In this document: positions 31,159 through 42,717 of the stretch, one piece after another
Layout of the letters: each line of letters opens with the position of its first letter
Position numbering within the stretch: the stretch's first letter is position 1
Origin: Olavius algarvensis Delta 4 endosymbiont
GTDB taxonomy: Bacteria > Desulfobacterota > Desulfobacteria > Desulfobacterales > CAJINA01
Assembly: GCA_905176665.1 (NCBI GenBank)
Contig: CAJINA010000005.1
Location: forward strand, 33,346-97,345
DNA length: 64,000 nt
Reading direction: 5' to 3'
Position numbers and translations under genes: made by a program
Notes under the pieces: model-generated
Databases searched by the model: none
The model's input: the letters and a program-made list of their open reading frames with translations, nothing else
Told to the model about the DNA's origin: nothing

Positions 31159-32298
31159 TTACCCCTTAACGGGTGTCAGTAAATGGTAGATATCGTCGAC
31201 GATCATGGCGGCCGCCTGCGGTTTGCCCCGGGAAGCCGCCAGGGCGGCCATCCGGGCCAGTTCTCCGGGATTGACCCGCAAGTGGTTGATCCATTCGGCC
31301 AGGAGCGCACCATGCAACTCTTTCTCTTCCACCATCAGGGCCGCCCCTTTATCGGCCAGCGTCCGGGCATTCAATACCTGATGGTTGTCTGCCGCCTGGG
31401 GAAACGGTACGAAGAGAACCGCTTTGCCCATGGCGGTAACTTCCGCCACCGTGGTGGCTCCGGCCCGGCAGATGACCAGGTCGGCCCGGTGGTAGCGGGC
31501 GGCCATGTCGAAAAAGAACGGTTTTACTTCGTTGCGAATACCGGACTTGGCATAGGCCTGGGCCACCGTGTCCCGATCAGCGTTACCCGTCTGGTGGATA
31601 AACAGCAATCCCTCCGGATCGGTCAGGGTTTCCAGCGCCGCACACACCGCGGCATTGATGCCGTGCGCGCCCTGGCTGCCGCCGGCCACCAGGACGGTAA
31701 AGGCAGCATCCGGGCGGCGCTGCCGGTCCGCTGGGGCCAGAAACTCCTCCCGGACGGGGTTGCCCGTAAACAGCGTCCGCCGGGCGTCCCCCGGCAGGCG
31801 GGTCTGTTCGAAAGAGAGATAAATCCGCCGGGCAATGCGGGCCAGCAGCCGGTTGGTGATGCCCGGCAGCAGGTTTTGTTCATGCAGCACCACCGGGATC
31901 CAGCGCAGCCAGGCGGCCAGTGCCACCGGACCTGAACTGTAACCACCCACCCCCAATACAACGTGGGGTTTAAACCGCCCCAGGATGCCGATTGCCTGGC
32001 CGATGCCTTTGGGTATGCAGGCCAGGGCCCGGATTTTCTTGAACAGGCCCAACCCTTTGATGCCGGCCGCAGTAATGGCCGTATGCGTGAAGCCGTTCTC
32101 AGCCAGGATCTCTTTTTCGAAGGTCCGGTCGGTCCCCACGAACAACACCCGACTTTCCGGATGACGTCCCAGCCACTCGCGGGCAATGGCGATCCCCGGG
32201 AAAAGATGGCCCCCGGTGCCGCCGCCGGCAATAGCCAGGCGCAGGGGACGCCCCCCTGGATCAGCTGGCTGCGTGGTATGGTGTTCTGCGATCGCCAT
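31159..32298 (-). CDS. murG: lipid II GlcNAc transferase MurG
   Basis: GGGTGGHLFPG, HEQN, TGNPVR, GGSQGA, CRAGATT, HQVLNA. Confidence 0.97.
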   Translation of the reverse strand: MAIAEHHTTQPADPGGRPLRLAIAGGGTGGHLFPGIAIAREWLGRHPESRVLFVGTDRTFEKEILAENGFTHTAITAAGIKGLGLFKKIRALACIPKGIGQAIGILGRFKPHVVLGVGGYSSGPVALAAWLRWIPVVLHEQNLLPGITNRLLARIARRIYLSFEQTRLPGDARRTLFTGNPVREEFLAPADRQRRPDAAFTVLVAGGSQGAHGINAAVCAALETLTDPEGLLFIHQTGNADRDTVAQAYAKSGIRNEVKPFFFDMAARYHRADLVICRAGATTVAEVTAMGKAVLFVPFPQAADNHQVLNARTLADKGAALMVEEKELHGALLAEWINHLRVNPGELARMAALAASRGKPQAAAMIVDDIYHLLTPVKG

Positions 32299-33419
32299 TA
32301 ATTCGTTTTTCCTATGTTCATCAAGATACCAATAGAGGCCATGCTCATCAGCAGCGAACTGCCCCCGTAACTCAAAAACGGGAGGGTCAGCCCCTTGGTC
32401 GGTAAAAGGCCCAGGGCAACGCCCATATTGATGCAGATCTGCAGGCCGATAGCGGTGGTGATGCCGACAGCGATGTAGGCCCCGAATTCATCCCGGGCAT
32501 TACGTGCGATGCTGATGCCCCGGTACAGGATAATAGCGTACAGCAGCAGGATCACCATCACACCGATCAGCCCCAGTTCTTCGCCGATAACGGAGAAAAT
32601 GAAATCGGTGTGCGGTTCGGGCAGGTAAAACAGCTTCTGCACCCCTTTTCCGATCCCGGTTCCCCAGATACCTCCGGAGCCAAAGGCCATCAGGGAGTGG
32701 ACGGTTTGATACCCCTCATCGGTTGAATACTGCCAGGGATCCATGAAACTCATCAACCGTCTGGTCCGGTAGGCGGCATTCACCATGAAAAGGTAGATAA
32801 ATGGAAACAGGAACAGGAGGACCGAGCCTAAATAGACCACCCGCACGCCGCCGACGAACAGCATGATCCAGGTGATGGCCCCGAGAATGACGATGGCCCC
32901 GAAGTCCGGCTGGATGATGATCAGGGCAGTGAAGATGCCCAGCACGATCAGGTGCGGTAGAAAACCGATGTAAAAATCATGGATCTCTTCGATTTTGCGG
33001 CTCATGGAATAGGCAATGTAAATAACGAGAGCCAGCCGGGCGAATTCAGACGGTTGAAAAGAAAAGCCGAAAAGCCTGATCCAGCGGGTGGCTCCGCCGA
33101 CATTTGCCCCCAGGCCGGGAATGTGGACGATGCAGAGCAACCCAAACGCGACCAGCAAGATGGGATACGCCAGGGGTTTGAGCAGGCGGTATGGAAAATG
33201 CCGGCACATGACCAGGGCCACGATTCCCACCAGGGAGAACAGGGCCTGCTTTTTCAAGAAGTAAAAATCCGAGCCGAATTTCTTCAGTGCCAGAGCGGAA
33301 CTCGCGCTGTATACCATCACGATGCCGATGCCCACCAGGAAAAGGACCGGGAACAGTAAGCCCACGTCGTAGGCCATGGGATCCGGCGGCGGTATGTTGG
33401 CTTCTTTAGTGGTTTTCAT
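32298..33419 (-). CDS. ftsW: SEDS family peptidoglycan polymerase FtsW
   Basis: MVYSAS, QPSEF, QPDFG, LPEPHTDFIF, KGLTLPFLSYGGSS. Confidence 0.96.
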   Translation of the reverse strand: MKTTKEANIPPPDPMAYDVGLLFPVLFLVGIGIVMVYSASSALALKKFGSDFYFLKKQALFSLVGIVALVMCRHFPYRLLKPLAYPILLVAFGLLCIVHIPGLGANVGGATRWIRLFGFSFQPSEFARLALVIYIAYSMSRKIEEIHDFYIGFLPHLIVLGIFTALIIIQPDFGAIVILGAITWIMLFVGGVRVVYLGSVLLFLFPFIYLFMVNAAYRTRRLMSFMDPWQYSTDEGYQTVHSLMAFGSGGIWGTGIGKGVQKLFYLPEPHTDFIFSVIGEELGLIGVMVILLLYAIILYRGISIARNARDEFGAYIAVGITTAIGLQICINMGVALGLLPTKGLTLPFLSYGGSSLLMSMASIGILMNIGKTN

Positions 33420-34774
33420 TCGAGCGCGCCTACCTGTTTGCAAAAATCTTCGCCCCGTTGGGCGAAGCTGTCATACATGTCGAAACTTGAGCAGGCCGGG
33501 GACAGCAGCACCACATCCCCGGGGTCGGCCGCGGCCGCGGCCAGGCGCACGGCCTGGGTCATATCGACGGCGGTTTCTACCGGGGCGACGGCCCCCAGCT
33601 GGGCCGCGATGGCGGTGGCGGCTTCTCCCATGACCACCAGTCGTTTTACTGTTTTCTCCAGTTGCGGCTTCAGGACGGCATAATCACCGCCCTTGTCGCG
33701 GCCGCCCATGATCAGAACTGTCGGCCGGCTGAAAGCCTCCAGCGCGCGCGACACGGCATCTACATTCGTGCCCTTGGAATCGTCCACGTAGAGAACCCCG
33801 TTTATGGTGGCCACCGTTTCCAGGCGATGGGCCAGGCCGTGAAATTGCTGCACCGCCTGCTGGATACCCTCGGCTGTGCCGCCGGCAGCCAGGGCGGCCA
33901 GGGCGGCGGCCGCAATGTTTTCACGGTTGTGCGCCCCGGTGAGCGGAGCCCCCTGCAGGTCCAGCACCAGAGGGTCTCCGCCGGTGTGCAGGACCACCCG
34001 GTCGGTCAATATCTCTGCGCCGGTGTCGGGCGGGCTGCCGTTGCGGCCGGCGTGTAGAAAGGGCCACACCCTGGCCAGGCTGGTGCCCGCCAGTTTTTTG
34101 ATCTCCGGATCCATCCGGTTGATAACGGCCGTGTCCGCTTTTACCTGGTTTTGGAAGATCCGGCCCTTGGAGCGCACATACGCCGCAAAATCGTCATAGC
34201 GGTCCAGGTGATCGGCACTGATATTGAGCAGCACCGCCACGTTGGCGTGAAAGGTGCTCGCGGTGTCCAATTGGAAGCTGCTCACTTCGAGCACCACCAA
34301 GTCGGCTCCGCCGCCTCCGGCCACATAGTCGATCAGCGGATTGCCGATATTGCCGCCGACGAATACCCGCTTGCCGGAGTGTTCCAACATGTCACCCACC
34401 AGGGCGGTGGTGGTGGTCTTGCCGTTGGTCCCGGTAATGGCGACCACCGGTTCGCGGACAAAGCGCGCTGCAAATTCCAGTTCCCCCAAAACAGGGACAC
34501 CCGCCTGGCGGGCCAGTTCGAGCGGTGCAATGGTGTGCGGTACGCCTGGACTGACCACGATCAACGCCGCCTGCTTGAAAATCTCCACGGGGTGCTCACC
34601 CAACACCAGGTGTATGCCCCGGTCTTCCAGCCCGGGCAGAAATTCCGTCAGTTGGTCGGCAGCGTTCAAATCCGTCACGGTAACGTGCGCTTTTTGACGG
34701 GCGGCAAACCGAGCGGCCGCCTGGCCGGATTTTCCCAGTCCCACCACCAGTATGTTTTTTTGAGCCAGTTCCAC
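33416..34774 (-). CDS. murD: UDP-N-acetylmuramoyl-L-alanine--D-glutamate ligase
   Basis: [44 protein letters not shown]. Confidence 0.97.
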   Translation of the reverse strand: MELAQKNILVVGLGKSGQAAARFAARQKAHVTVTDLNAADQLTEFLPGLEDRGIHLVLGEHPVEIFKQAALIVVSPGVPHTIAPLELARQAGVPVLGELEFAARFVREPVVAITGTNGKTTTTALVGDMLEHSGKRVFVGGNIGNPLIDYVAGGGGADLVVLEVSSFQLDTASTFHANVAVLLNISADHLDRYDDFAAYVRSKGRIFQNQVKADTAVINRMDPEIKKLAGTSLARVWPFLHAGRNGSPPDTGAEILTDRVVLHTGGDPLVLDLQGAPLTGAHNRENIAAAALAALAAGGTAEGIQQAVQQFHGLAHRLETVATINGVLYVDDSKGTNVDAVSRALEAFSRPTVLIMGGRDKGGDYAVLKPQLEKTVKRLVVMGEAATAIAAQLGAVAPVETAVDMTQAVRLAAAAADPGDVVLLSPACSSFDMYDSFAQRGEDFCKQVGALE

Positions 34775-34780
34775 GGGTCG

Positions 34781-35860
34781 CTACCTGAGTTTAAGGGTGC
34801 TCATCGATAAAAGCGCCAGGGCAATCGCCACAATCCAGAACCTGACAATGACCTTGGGTTCCGGCCAGCCTTTGAGTTCAAAATGATGGTGCAAAGGGGC
34901 CATCCTGAAGATGCGCTTGCCCCCGGAAATTTTGAAAAAGCCCACCTGGAAAATCACCGATAACGTCTCCACTACGAAAAGTCCGCCCACCAGCACCAGC
35001 AGGATTTCCTGTTTGGTAATGACGGCTACGGTTCCCAGGGCGCCGCCCAGCGAAAGGGAGCCGACATCCCCCATGAATACCTGGGCCGGGTAGGCGTTGA
35101 ACCATAAAAAGCCGAGACCTGCGCCGGCCAGCGCTCCGCAGAACACCGTAATCTCGCCGCCCCCGGAGACGTAGTTGAGCTGCAGGTATTCGGCTATTTT
35201 TATATGGCTGGTCACGTAGGCGAAGACCATATAGGCGGTCGACGCGATCACCAGGGGGCCGATGGCCAGGCCGTCCAGGCCGTCGGTAAGGTTGACGGCG
35301 TTGGAAGCCCCCACGATCACCAGGGCGGCGAAAAGAATATAGCCCCAGCCCAGGTCCGGTGATACCCGCTTGAAAAAAGGAACGGTGACCTGGGTTGAAA
35401 AGTCAGGGTGGGCCCATAGCAGGGCGCCGGCTGTCAGGGCCAGGATCGTCTGCAGCATGAATTTACTGCGGGCGCCCAGACCTTTGCTCTGTTTCTTGAC
35501 CTGCATCAGATAGTCATCGGTAAAACCGATGAGGGCATATCCCAGGGTGATCAGCAGGGCGATCCAGACATAGAAATTGGTGATATCCGTCCATAGGATG
35601 GTTGATACGGTTACCGAGAAGACAATCAGGGTGCCGCCCATGGTGGGGGTTCCGGCCTTGTCCAGATGCGATTCGGGCCCGTCGTCCCGGATATACTGGC
35701 CAACCTGCATCGCCTTGAGCTTGCGAATGACCCAGGGTCCAAGCAGGAAGCAGATCAAAAACGCGGTCAGGCTGGCATAAATGGTCCGGAAAGTAATATA
35801 CCGGAAGACATTGAAAGCCGAGATGACTTCGTGCAGCGGATATAGAAAGTGATAGACCAT
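34781..35860 (-). CDS. mraY: phospho-N-acetylmuramoyl-pentapeptide transferase
   Basis: [39 protein letters not shown]. Confidence 0.97.
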   Translation of the reverse strand: MVYHFLYPLHEVISAFNVFRYITFRTIYASLTAFLICFLLGPWVIRKLKAMQVGQYIRDDGPESHLDKAGTPTMGGTLIVFSVTVSTILWTDITNFYVWIALLITLGYALIGFTDDYLMQVKKQSKGLGARSKFMLQTILALTAGALLWAHPDFSTQVTVPFFKRVSPDLGWGYILFAALVIVGASNAVNLTDGLDGLAIGPLVIASTAYMVFAYVTSHIKIAEYLQLNYVSGGGEITVFCGALAGAGLGFLWFNAYPAQVFMGDVGSLSLGGALGTVAVITKQEILLVLVGGLFVVETLSVIFQVGFFKISGGKRIFRMAPLHHHFELKGWPEPKVIVRFWIVAIALALLSMSTLKLR

Positions 35861-35906
35861 TCTTTTTCCTAAGTGCCCTCTGACGCGTCGTTTATAAATG
35901 CCGGCT

Positions 35907-38834
35907 TCACGCAAACAGGCCGGCGGTGACAGTTTCCATGTGCATCGAACGGGAGCCTTTGATCAGGATCCAGTCTCCCGGTTGCAAGTGTTGTCTCAGA
36001 TCGGCGATGATCGCCGGGTGGTCGCCGGTGACCACGGCTTCGGCCGGCATCCCGCCGGCATCCGCGCCCGCAGCCATGGCCGCGGCGTTTTCCCCGGCCA
36101 GGTACAGCCGGGTCGCACCGATCGCGGCCGCTTTGCGGCCCAGTTCAAAATGCAACTGCGTTGCATGGTTGCCGAGTTCGGCCATATTGCCCAGGACCAG
36201 AAAGCGCCGCCGGGTGCCGGCGCGCTCTACCAGGGTGTCGATGGCGACCGCCATGCTGCCGGGGTTGGCATTGTAGGTGTCGTCGAGAATGTGGACCCCG
36301 TCCCGGGTCTGTTTTACGACCAGCCGGCCGGACACCGGCAAAAAGGATTCCAAACCCGCTTTTATCTGCTCGCCGGAAAGACCCAGTTGCTGCCCGACGC
36401 CGGCGGCCGCCAGTGCGTTGGCAACCATGAACCGGCCGGCCACGTTCATGTGAACGGTCTGCCGGTCGGCGGCCAGGCTGAGCCTGAAAGTCAGCCCCTC
36501 GGCACTGGCCGTGATTTCGTCCGCCCTGGTATCCGCCTGGGTGAAACCGAAGAATTCAACCGGGCAGGGGCAGGTCCGGGCCAGTTCCCGGCAACGGGGG
36601 TCATCCCCGTTTAAAATGGCGCGACCGTCGGCCGGAAGTGCTTCGAGCAATTCACCCTTGGCTTTCTGTACGCCTTCCAGGGAACCGAGAAACTCCAGGT
36701 GGGCCGGACCGATATTGGTGATAACGCCTACCTGGGGGTCACAGAGCCCGGCCAGGTAGCGGATTTCGCCGGCGTGGTTCATGCCCAGTTCGAGCACGGC
36801 CCAGTCATGGTCCGGTCGCAGGCGCAGCAGGGTCAACGGCAGGCCGATCTCGTTGTTGAAATTTCCGGCGGTCGTCAGCACATGGAACTTTTGGGCGAGC
36901 ACGGCGGCCGTCATGTTGCGGGTCGAGGTTTTCCCGTTTGAACCGGTAATGGCCACTACCGGCACGCCGGTGCGCCGCAGATGATAGCGCCCCAGTCGGC
37001 CCAGGGCCCGGGTGGTATCGGGTACGCTGATCCAGGTTGCCTGGGGATGCCGTTCCTGCAGTTCCGCCAGTTCGGCCGCCCGGTTGTCTGCGCAGATGAT
37101 GCCCCTGACGCCCTTTGCAAGTACCTGAGCCGCAAAGGTATGGCCATCATGGACCTCTCCGCGGATGGCGACAAAAACGGCATCGTCCGCGATGGTACGT
37201 GAATCGATGGCGATTTCCGTGAAAACCGGGTCCCGGTTGCCGGAAACGAGGGTGCCACCGGTGGCGGCCAGAAGATCGGGGACGGACCAGCGCCCGCTCG
37301 GGCTGTCCGGGTCCGCATCAGATAACGCGGCGCTGGCTTCGGCGCGGTCATCGAAATCAAATTTTTCCGTTCCCCGAATCTGGTAGGTCTCGTGTCCTTT
37401 TCCCGCGATGAGGACGATGTCCTCCGGCCGGGCCAGGCGGACGGCCAGGTTTATAGCCTTGCGCCGGTCCGGCTCCACGAGATATCCGGTCTGGTCCGGT
37501 TTGCTTTGTAGATCTGCGGCGCCCAACCGGGTGTGGTGGGACCCCAAGTCGCCGCTGAGAATTTCGGATATGATGGCCTCCGGATCTTCGGTGCGCGGAT
37601 TATCCGAAGTGACAATGGTAAGATCGGCCAGGCGCCCGGTAATGGCTCCCATAAGGGGCCGTTTGGACCGATCCCGGTCACCACCGCAGCCAAAGGCGCA
37701 GATAATCCTGGCACGACGCAGCTGCACCAGCGCCTGCAGTACATTCTCAAGAGCGTCCGGCGTGTGGGCGTAGTCCACGAAAATATACAGGCCCCGGTCG
37801 TTGGCCACCGGTTCCAGACGGCCCGGGACAGCGGATAAGGCCTCCAGGCCCTGTTTGATCGTGCCCGGTGGCAGATCCAGGTGGAGCCCGACGCCCACAG
37901 CACTCATGACATTTTCGAGATTGTGGCGGCCCACCAGGGGCGACCGGATTTCCAATGGTCCCGACGGGGTGGTCAGGGTGACTTCCAGACCGGCGCCTGA
38001 CGCCGTGTACGCGGTGGGCCGGATGACGGCCGCAGCGTTATCACCGGTCGTCAAAATGGTTGCCGGAGAGGCGATCTTTTCCAGGCTTGTCAGGAGGTCC
38101 GCGGCCATACTGTCGTTGCTGTTGATAACCGCGGCCGGTTTCCCGCCGGTGTCCAGGTGATCGGTGAACAGGCGCTTTTTGCAGGCCCAGTAGTGGGCCA
38201 TATCGCGATGGTAGTCGAGGTGGTCACGCGTCAGGTTGGTGAAGACGGCCACGGCGAAGCGGCAGCCGTCCACTCGTTTAAGGTCCAGGGCATGGGAAGA
38301 GACCTCCATAACCACGTGGGTGACGCCGGCCGTCCGCATTTCGCTGAGAATACGCTGCAGATCGCTGGATTCCGGGGTAGTCATCGGATTATCGCAGCTT
38401 TGGCCGGAATAGCGATATTCAATGGTGCTGATGACCCCGGTGGCCAGCCCGGCCCGGGTAAGGATGCTTTCGATGATATAGGCGGTGGTTGTCTTTCCAT
38501 TGGTACCGGTCAACCCGATCAGAACGAGGTCGTCGGCGGGATTGCCGTAAAAGTGGGCAGCCAGGCGGGCCAGGGCTGTCCGGGTATCCGGGGTGACGAT
38601 AACCGGGACCGAGGCATCAATCGGGCGCTGCGACACGACCGCGGCAGCACCGCCGGCCACTGCCTGGGCAATGAAATCGTGCCCGTCGGCTTTCAGGCCG
38701 GGGATGGCCACGAAAAGGCCGCCGGACTGGACATTGCCTGCGTGGTAGTGGATCGAGGCGATATCCGGATTATCACCGGTCGTCCGTGCGTCCGGCGATA
38801 TATCAAGCGCGGTTATCAATTTTGACAGTCTCAA
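35907..38834 (-). CDS. murE: bifunctional MurE-MurF fusion ligase
   Basis: MurE half ([31 protein letters not shown]) joined in frame to MurF half ([29 protein letters not shown]). Confidence 0.93.
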   Translation of the reverse strand: MRLSKLITALDISPDARTTGDNPDIASIHYHAGNVQSGGLFVAIPGLKADGHDFIAQAVAGGAAAVVSQRPIDASVPVIVTPDTRTALARLAAHFYGNPADDLVLIGLTGTNGKTTTAYIIESILTRAGLATGVISTIEYRYSGQSCDNPMTTPESSDLQRILSEMRTAGVTHVVMEVSSHALDLKRVDGCRFAVAVFTNLTRDHLDYHRDMAHYWACKKRLFTDHLDTGGKPAAVINSNDSMAADLLTSLEKIASPATILTTGDNAAAVIRPTAYTASGAGLEVTLTTPSGPLEIRSPLVGRHNLENVMSAVGVGLHLDLPPGTIKQGLEALSAVPGRLEPVANDRGLYIFVDYAHTPDALENVLQALVQLRRARIICAFGCGGDRDRSKRPLMGAITGRLADLTIVTSDNPRTEDPEAIISEILSGDLGSHHTRLGAADLQSKPDQTGYLVEPDRRKAINLAVRLARPEDIVLIAGKGHETYQIRGTEKFDFDDRAEASAALSDADPDSPSGRWSVPDLLAATGGTLVSGNRDPVFTEIAIDSRTIADDAVFVAIRGEVHDGHTFAAQVLAKGVRGIICADNRAAELAELQERHPQATWISVPDTTRALGRLGRYHLRRTGVPVVAITGSNGKTSTRNMTAAVLAQKFHVLTTAGNFNNEIGLPLTLLRLRPDHDWAVLELGMNHAGEIRYLAGLCDPQVGVITNIGPAHLEFLGSLEGVQKAKGELLEALPADGRAILNGDDPRCRELARTCPCPVEFFGFTQADTRADEITASAEGLTFRLSLAADRQTVHMNVAGRFMVANALAAAGVGQQLGLSGEQIKAGLESFLPVSGRLVVKQTRDGVHILDDTYNANPGSMAVAIDTLVERAGTRRRFLVLGNMAELGNHATQLHFELGRKAAAIGATRLYLAGENAAAMAAGADAGGMPAEAVVTGDHPAIIADLRQHLQPGDWILIKGSRSMHMETVTAGLFA

Positions 38835-40567
38835 CCCCTGGCCTCGCTTTCCCGTGAGACAATCATTTTCCGGCGCCCGTTTCGCGGGGCGATGTTCAAG
38901 TAGTCCAGTGTGAACTCGGCGATTTTGCGAAAGGCCGGTCCGGCGACCGTTCCGCCGTAGTGATTTTTTTTCGGTTCGTCCACGACCACCAGAATGACCA
39001 GTTCCGGATACCGCGAGGGTACGAAACCGGTAAAAGATGCCACGAACTTGCCGTTGTCGTAACTGCCGCTTTCGTCGGTTTTCTGGGCTGTACCGGTTTT
39101 GCCGCTGACTTCGTACTCATCCAGCGCGGCCTGTGTGCCGGTGCCGCTTTCGACGACCGTGCGCATCATGGCCGCCACGGTGGCTGCGGATCCGGCCGAG
39201 ATGACCCGGCGAACTGGCCGGGGGCCGAAAGTCTCGATTGCCCGGCCCCGTGCATCGGTGATTTTTTCTACAATATAGGGCTGCATCAGGACGCCGCCAT
39301 TGGCAATGGCGGCGGTGGCCGTGGTCAGCTGCAGGGCCGAAACGGAAATCCCCTGACCAAAGGAGATGGCCCCGGCGTCGATTTTGGACCAGCGCTTGTA
39401 AGGCGACAGGCGGCCGGTTGTTTCACCCGGACAGCTGATACCGGTGCGGGTACCGAAGCCAAATTCTTTCAAAGTGGTATACAGGCGTTCGGCACCGATT
39501 TTTTCCCCCACTTTGACCGCGCCGATGTTGCTGGAAAGGCGTACAATGTCAGTGATGGTCAACCATTCATGGGGCTTGGTGTCGTGAACGGTGTTGGCCC
39601 CGATTTTATAGGCGCCGTTTTCGCAAAAAAGCGGGCTGCTGGCTCTGAATGCACCGGATTCGATGGCTGCGGCGATACTGAAAATTTTCATGGTCGAACC
39701 GGGCTCGAACCGGTCGGCCACGGTTCGGTTGCGCCAGTGCCAGCGGTTGGATTGGTTATAATTGTTGGGGTTGAAGAGGGGGACATTGGCCATGGCCAGG
39801 AGGGCCCCGGTCTGGGGGACCATGACGATCCCCATGGCCGAACGGGCCTCGAACCGCTTGACGGTCTGCAGCAAAATCTTTTCGACGTTGTACTGGATGG
39901 TCCGGTCGATTGAGAGGTACAGATTGTGGCCGCGGATGCTCCGGCCGTTTCCGGTAGGATCGTCGAAGCGCCGCCCCAGGGCATCTTTGAAGACTTTGTA
40001 TTTGCCCAGGTCTCCTTTCAGCCGGCGGTTGAACAGATATTCGACGCCTTCCAGTCCACGGCCGTCGATGCCGGCAAATCCGATAACCTGGGCGGCCACG
40101 GACCGGTGGGGGTAGACCCGGCTGTGTTCGGGGATAAAGTCAATTCCGGCAAGCTTGAGCTTTCGAATCGCCAAGGCTTCCTTCGGGGATACATGGCGCT
40201 TGAGCCAGGCAAATGAGCGATTCTTGCGCGTAAGTTTGGCTGCCAGTTTCTCGCGATCCAGGTTTAGGATGCCGGCCAGGGCGGCGGCCGTGGCCTCCCC
40301 ATCGGTTATCTGGGCCGGATAAGCCGCTATTGAGGTCAGGTCGATACTGACGGCCAATTCGCGTCCCTGGGCGTCAAAGATGGTACCGCGCTTTCCGACG
40401 GCCTCCAATGACTTCTGGTACTGGTGCAGGGCCTTATCGGAGAGCCAGGTGCCGTGTACGATCTGAACATGAACCGCCTTGGCCCCGATGCCGACCAGCA
40501 GCAATCCAAAGACGAGGCCGACCAGTGTGGCCCGTACCCGGATTCTATGATAACTAGCGGCTTTCAT
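38831..40567 (-). CDS. ftsI: class B penicillin-binding protein FtsI/PBP3
   Basis: EPGSTMK, SSN, GKTGTAQK. Confidence 0.95.
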   Translation of the reverse strand: MKAASYHRIRVRATLVGLVFGLLLVGIGAKAVHVQIVHGTWLSDKALHQYQKSLEAVGKRGTIFDAQGRELAVSIDLTSIAAYPAQITDGEATAAALAGILNLDREKLAAKLTRKNRSFAWLKRHVSPKEALAIRKLKLAGIDFIPEHSRVYPHRSVAAQVIGFAGIDGRGLEGVEYLFNRRLKGDLGKYKVFKDALGRRFDDPTGNGRSIRGHNLYLSIDRTIQYNVEKILLQTVKRFEARSAMGIVMVPQTGALLAMANVPLFNPNNYNQSNRWHWRNRTVADRFEPGSTMKIFSIAAAIESGAFRASSPLFCENGAYKIGANTVHDTKPHEWLTITDIVRLSSNIGAVKVGEKIGAERLYTTLKEFGFGTRTGISCPGETTGRLSPYKRWSKIDAGAISFGQGISVSALQLTTATAAIANGGVLMQPYIVEKITDARGRAIETFGPRPVRRVISAGSAATVAAMMRTVVESGTGTQAALDEYEVSGKTGTAQKTDESGSYDNGKFVASFTGFVPSRYPELVILVVVDEPKKNHYGGTVAGPAFRKIAEFTLDYLNIAPRNGRRKMIVSRESEARG

Positions 40568-40869
40568 TGAAACCTCAGCGTCTGTTCAGGAGTTGGCATC
40601 ATCAAGCCGAGGGCCAGGGCTTTGGCCTCTATCCGCTTGGGCGATTTCAACCGTTCCAGCTCGATCTTCAGGTCGCGCTGAACGGTATGCAGTTCACGAT
40701 TTTCCGTCCCAGCCGTGGTCAGTTCATACCCCGTGCGGGTAAACTGGACCCGGCACCAGGCGAAAAAGAACAATTCCCCGATCAGGGCCCCCATCATTAC
40801 GACCCATAAACCGGTTACCAGCGAATTTCTGGCCAGGGTTCCCTTTTTCTTGGCAAATTTTCGGTTCAT
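40564..40869 (-). CDS. ftsL: cell division protein FtsL
   Basis: TM helix plus coiled coil, SPKRIE..A..LG..P; lies between rsmH and ftsI. Confidence 0.8.
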   Translation of the reverse strand: MNRKFAKKKGTLARNSLVTGLWVVMMGALIGELFFFAWCRVQFTRTGYELTTAGTENRELHTVQRDLKIELERLKSPKRIEAKALALGLMMPTPEQTLRFQ

Positions 40870-40897
40870 TTGCAGTCCAACCGGGAGCGTGTTCCTG

Positions 40898-41833
40898 TCA
40901 CAAGCGCTCGGCGGCCCTCAGGCGGGTGCTTCGCGCCATGGGGTTCTGGTTCACTTCTTCCGCAGACGGCCTGACAACTTTGCGGGTCAACAACCGCAGC
41001 AGCGGTTTTTTCCCACAGGTGCAGACCGGCAGCTTCGGTGGACAGGTACAGGGGTCTGCGTGTGCCCTGAGCTGTTGCTTTACGATCCGGTCTTCCAGCG
41101 AATGAAACGACAAGATGCAAATCCGGCCGCCGGTTTTCAACATATCGGGAACCGCGGACATAAACGTTTCCAGGTGATCCAGTTCCTGATTCACTGCAAT
41201 CCGTAAGGCCATGAAGACGCGGGTGGCCGGATGAATACGCCGTGATGCCTTCGCGGCGGGAACCGCTGCTGTGATGATCTTGGCCAGCTGGTCCGCTCTA
41301 TCAATCGGCTGTTTGGCCCGGGCGGCCGCAATCTTTCGCGCGATGGGGCCGGCCAGGCGTTCTTCACCCAGGGCCAGAAATAGCTTTTTCAGGGCTTTTT
41401 CCGAGTGCGTGTTTATAATGTCACGGGCCGTGACCCGTGTGTTCGGGTTCATGCGCATGTCCAGGGGCTCGTCCCTTTGAAAACTGAAACCCCGGCCGCT
41501 GCCTTCAATGTGGTGGAGGGATATGCCCAGATCCATCAGGATAGCGTCAACCCCGCTGATGCCAAGGTCCCGCAGGGTGTCCGGCAGGCTGGAGAAATTT
41601 GCGTGGACCAGATGCCGGTGGATATCCTGGGTCGGCAGCCTTTTTTCGGCATTGCGGATGGCATCGGTATCCTGGTCAATACCGATAAATGTACCGCCCG
41701 GTTGAATCTGGCGGCAAATGTCGGCCGCATGGCCGGCTCCGCCCAGGGTGCAGTCCACCACGCACTGCCCCGGCCGGCAGTCGAGATACCGGGCCACTTC
41801 GTCCGGCATTGCGGATATGTGGTGATAAGACAT
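40898..41833 (-). CDS. rsmH: 16S rRNA m4C1402 methyltransferase
   Basis: DCTLGGAGH, RGFSF..PLDMRM, HPATRVFMALRIAVNQEL, SFHSLEDRIVK. Confidence 0.97.
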   Translation of the reverse strand: MSYHHISAMPDEVARYLDCRPGQCVVDCTLGGAGHAADICRQIQPGGTFIGIDQDTDAIRNAEKRLPTQDIHRHLVHANFSSLPDTLRDLGISGVDAILMDLGISLHHIEGSGRGFSFQRDEPLDMRMNPNTRVTARDIINTHSEKALKKLFLALGEERLAGPIARKIAAARAKQPIDRADQLAKIITAAVPAAKASRRIHPATRVFMALRIAVNQELDHLETFMSAVPDMLKTGGRICILSFHSLEDRIVKQQLRAHADPCTCPPKLPVCTCGKKPLLRLLTRKVVRPSAEEVNQNPMARSTRLRAAERL

Positions 41834-41837
41834 GGAA

Positions 41838-42284
41838 TTATAGCCCCAGTCTGGCTATTTCGTTGCGGACCTCCTCTGTTTGCATGTCGGCTTCCATGTC
41901 CATATTTTCTTGTTCCCAGCTCTGGCGGGACCAGATTTCAAAATGATCCAGAACCCCCACCATGACGATCTCCTTTTCGAGCTCGGCGTATTGCCTGAGT
42001 GTTGGCGGGATCAGGATGCGCTCCTGGCGGTCGCCGGGGCATTCAAAGGCGCCACCGACAAAGACGCGCCGGAACCGTCGCATACTGTCGCTTTTTTCGG
42101 CCAGGGAAAGGATCCGGGTTTCGATGTTGCGCCACTCATCCAGCGGGTAGGCAACGAGGCAGCTGTCCATGCGGGACACCATGACCGATCCGGAGCCACC
42201 GGCTTTGATGGCATCCCGGAACCGGGTCGGAACGATAATGCGACCCTTCGCGTCAATTGTATGGAAACTGCTTCCTCGGAACAT
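41838..42284 (-). CDS. mraZ: dcw cluster transcriptional regulator MraZ
   Basis: MFRG..HTIDAKGR, DRQERILIP, HFEIWS. Confidence 0.97.
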   Translation of the reverse strand: MFRGSSFHTIDAKGRIIVPTRFRDAIKAGGSGSVMVSRMDSCLVAYPLDEWRNIETRILSLAEKSDSMRRFRRVFVGGAFECPGDRQERILIPPTLRQYAELEKEIVMVGVLDHFEIWSRQSWEQENMDMEADMQTEEVRNEIARLGL

Positions 42285-42288
42285 AAAT

Positions 42289-42352
42289 CACCATTCAACT
42301 CCACTTTAATCCACTATAATGGAGTAAAAGTACAAAACACTATAAATGTCAA
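42289..42352 (-). promoter_or_regulatory. dcw promoter region with MraZ-box direct repeats
   Basis: TGG-cored repeats at an exact 10-bp period (GTGGAT, GTGGAG, ATGGTG) just before the mraZ ATG; TTGACA at 42352-42347. Confidence 0.7.
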
Positions 42353-42717
42353 GAAAAAAAGTTTGATTTGCTTAATAGTTTTCTTAATAATTTTGTTTAC
42401 TTAATTCATTTTTAGCTTTTTACACCATTGGTGGTGCAATGTGGGGTAAGCAACCACTATTTCGCCGGCCAAATATTTCCAGGCGATCACATGGTGTGCC
42501 TATATCAAGCCGGCCGGTGATATTTAGCGGCATTGGTGAAATTTCGCCACTTGGCTGGCTGGTTCCCCGCGCTTTTTCAGTTGTCGTTTTCGTGTAATAC
42601 TTAAATGATTACAAATAGTTATTCGCGTAAACGGGGATTTGGGTCACCTGGCACATAACTTGCGGTACTAAAAAGTGGGATAGAATCGGGTTCATCGGGC
42701 GGGTCACGTGGTTGTGA

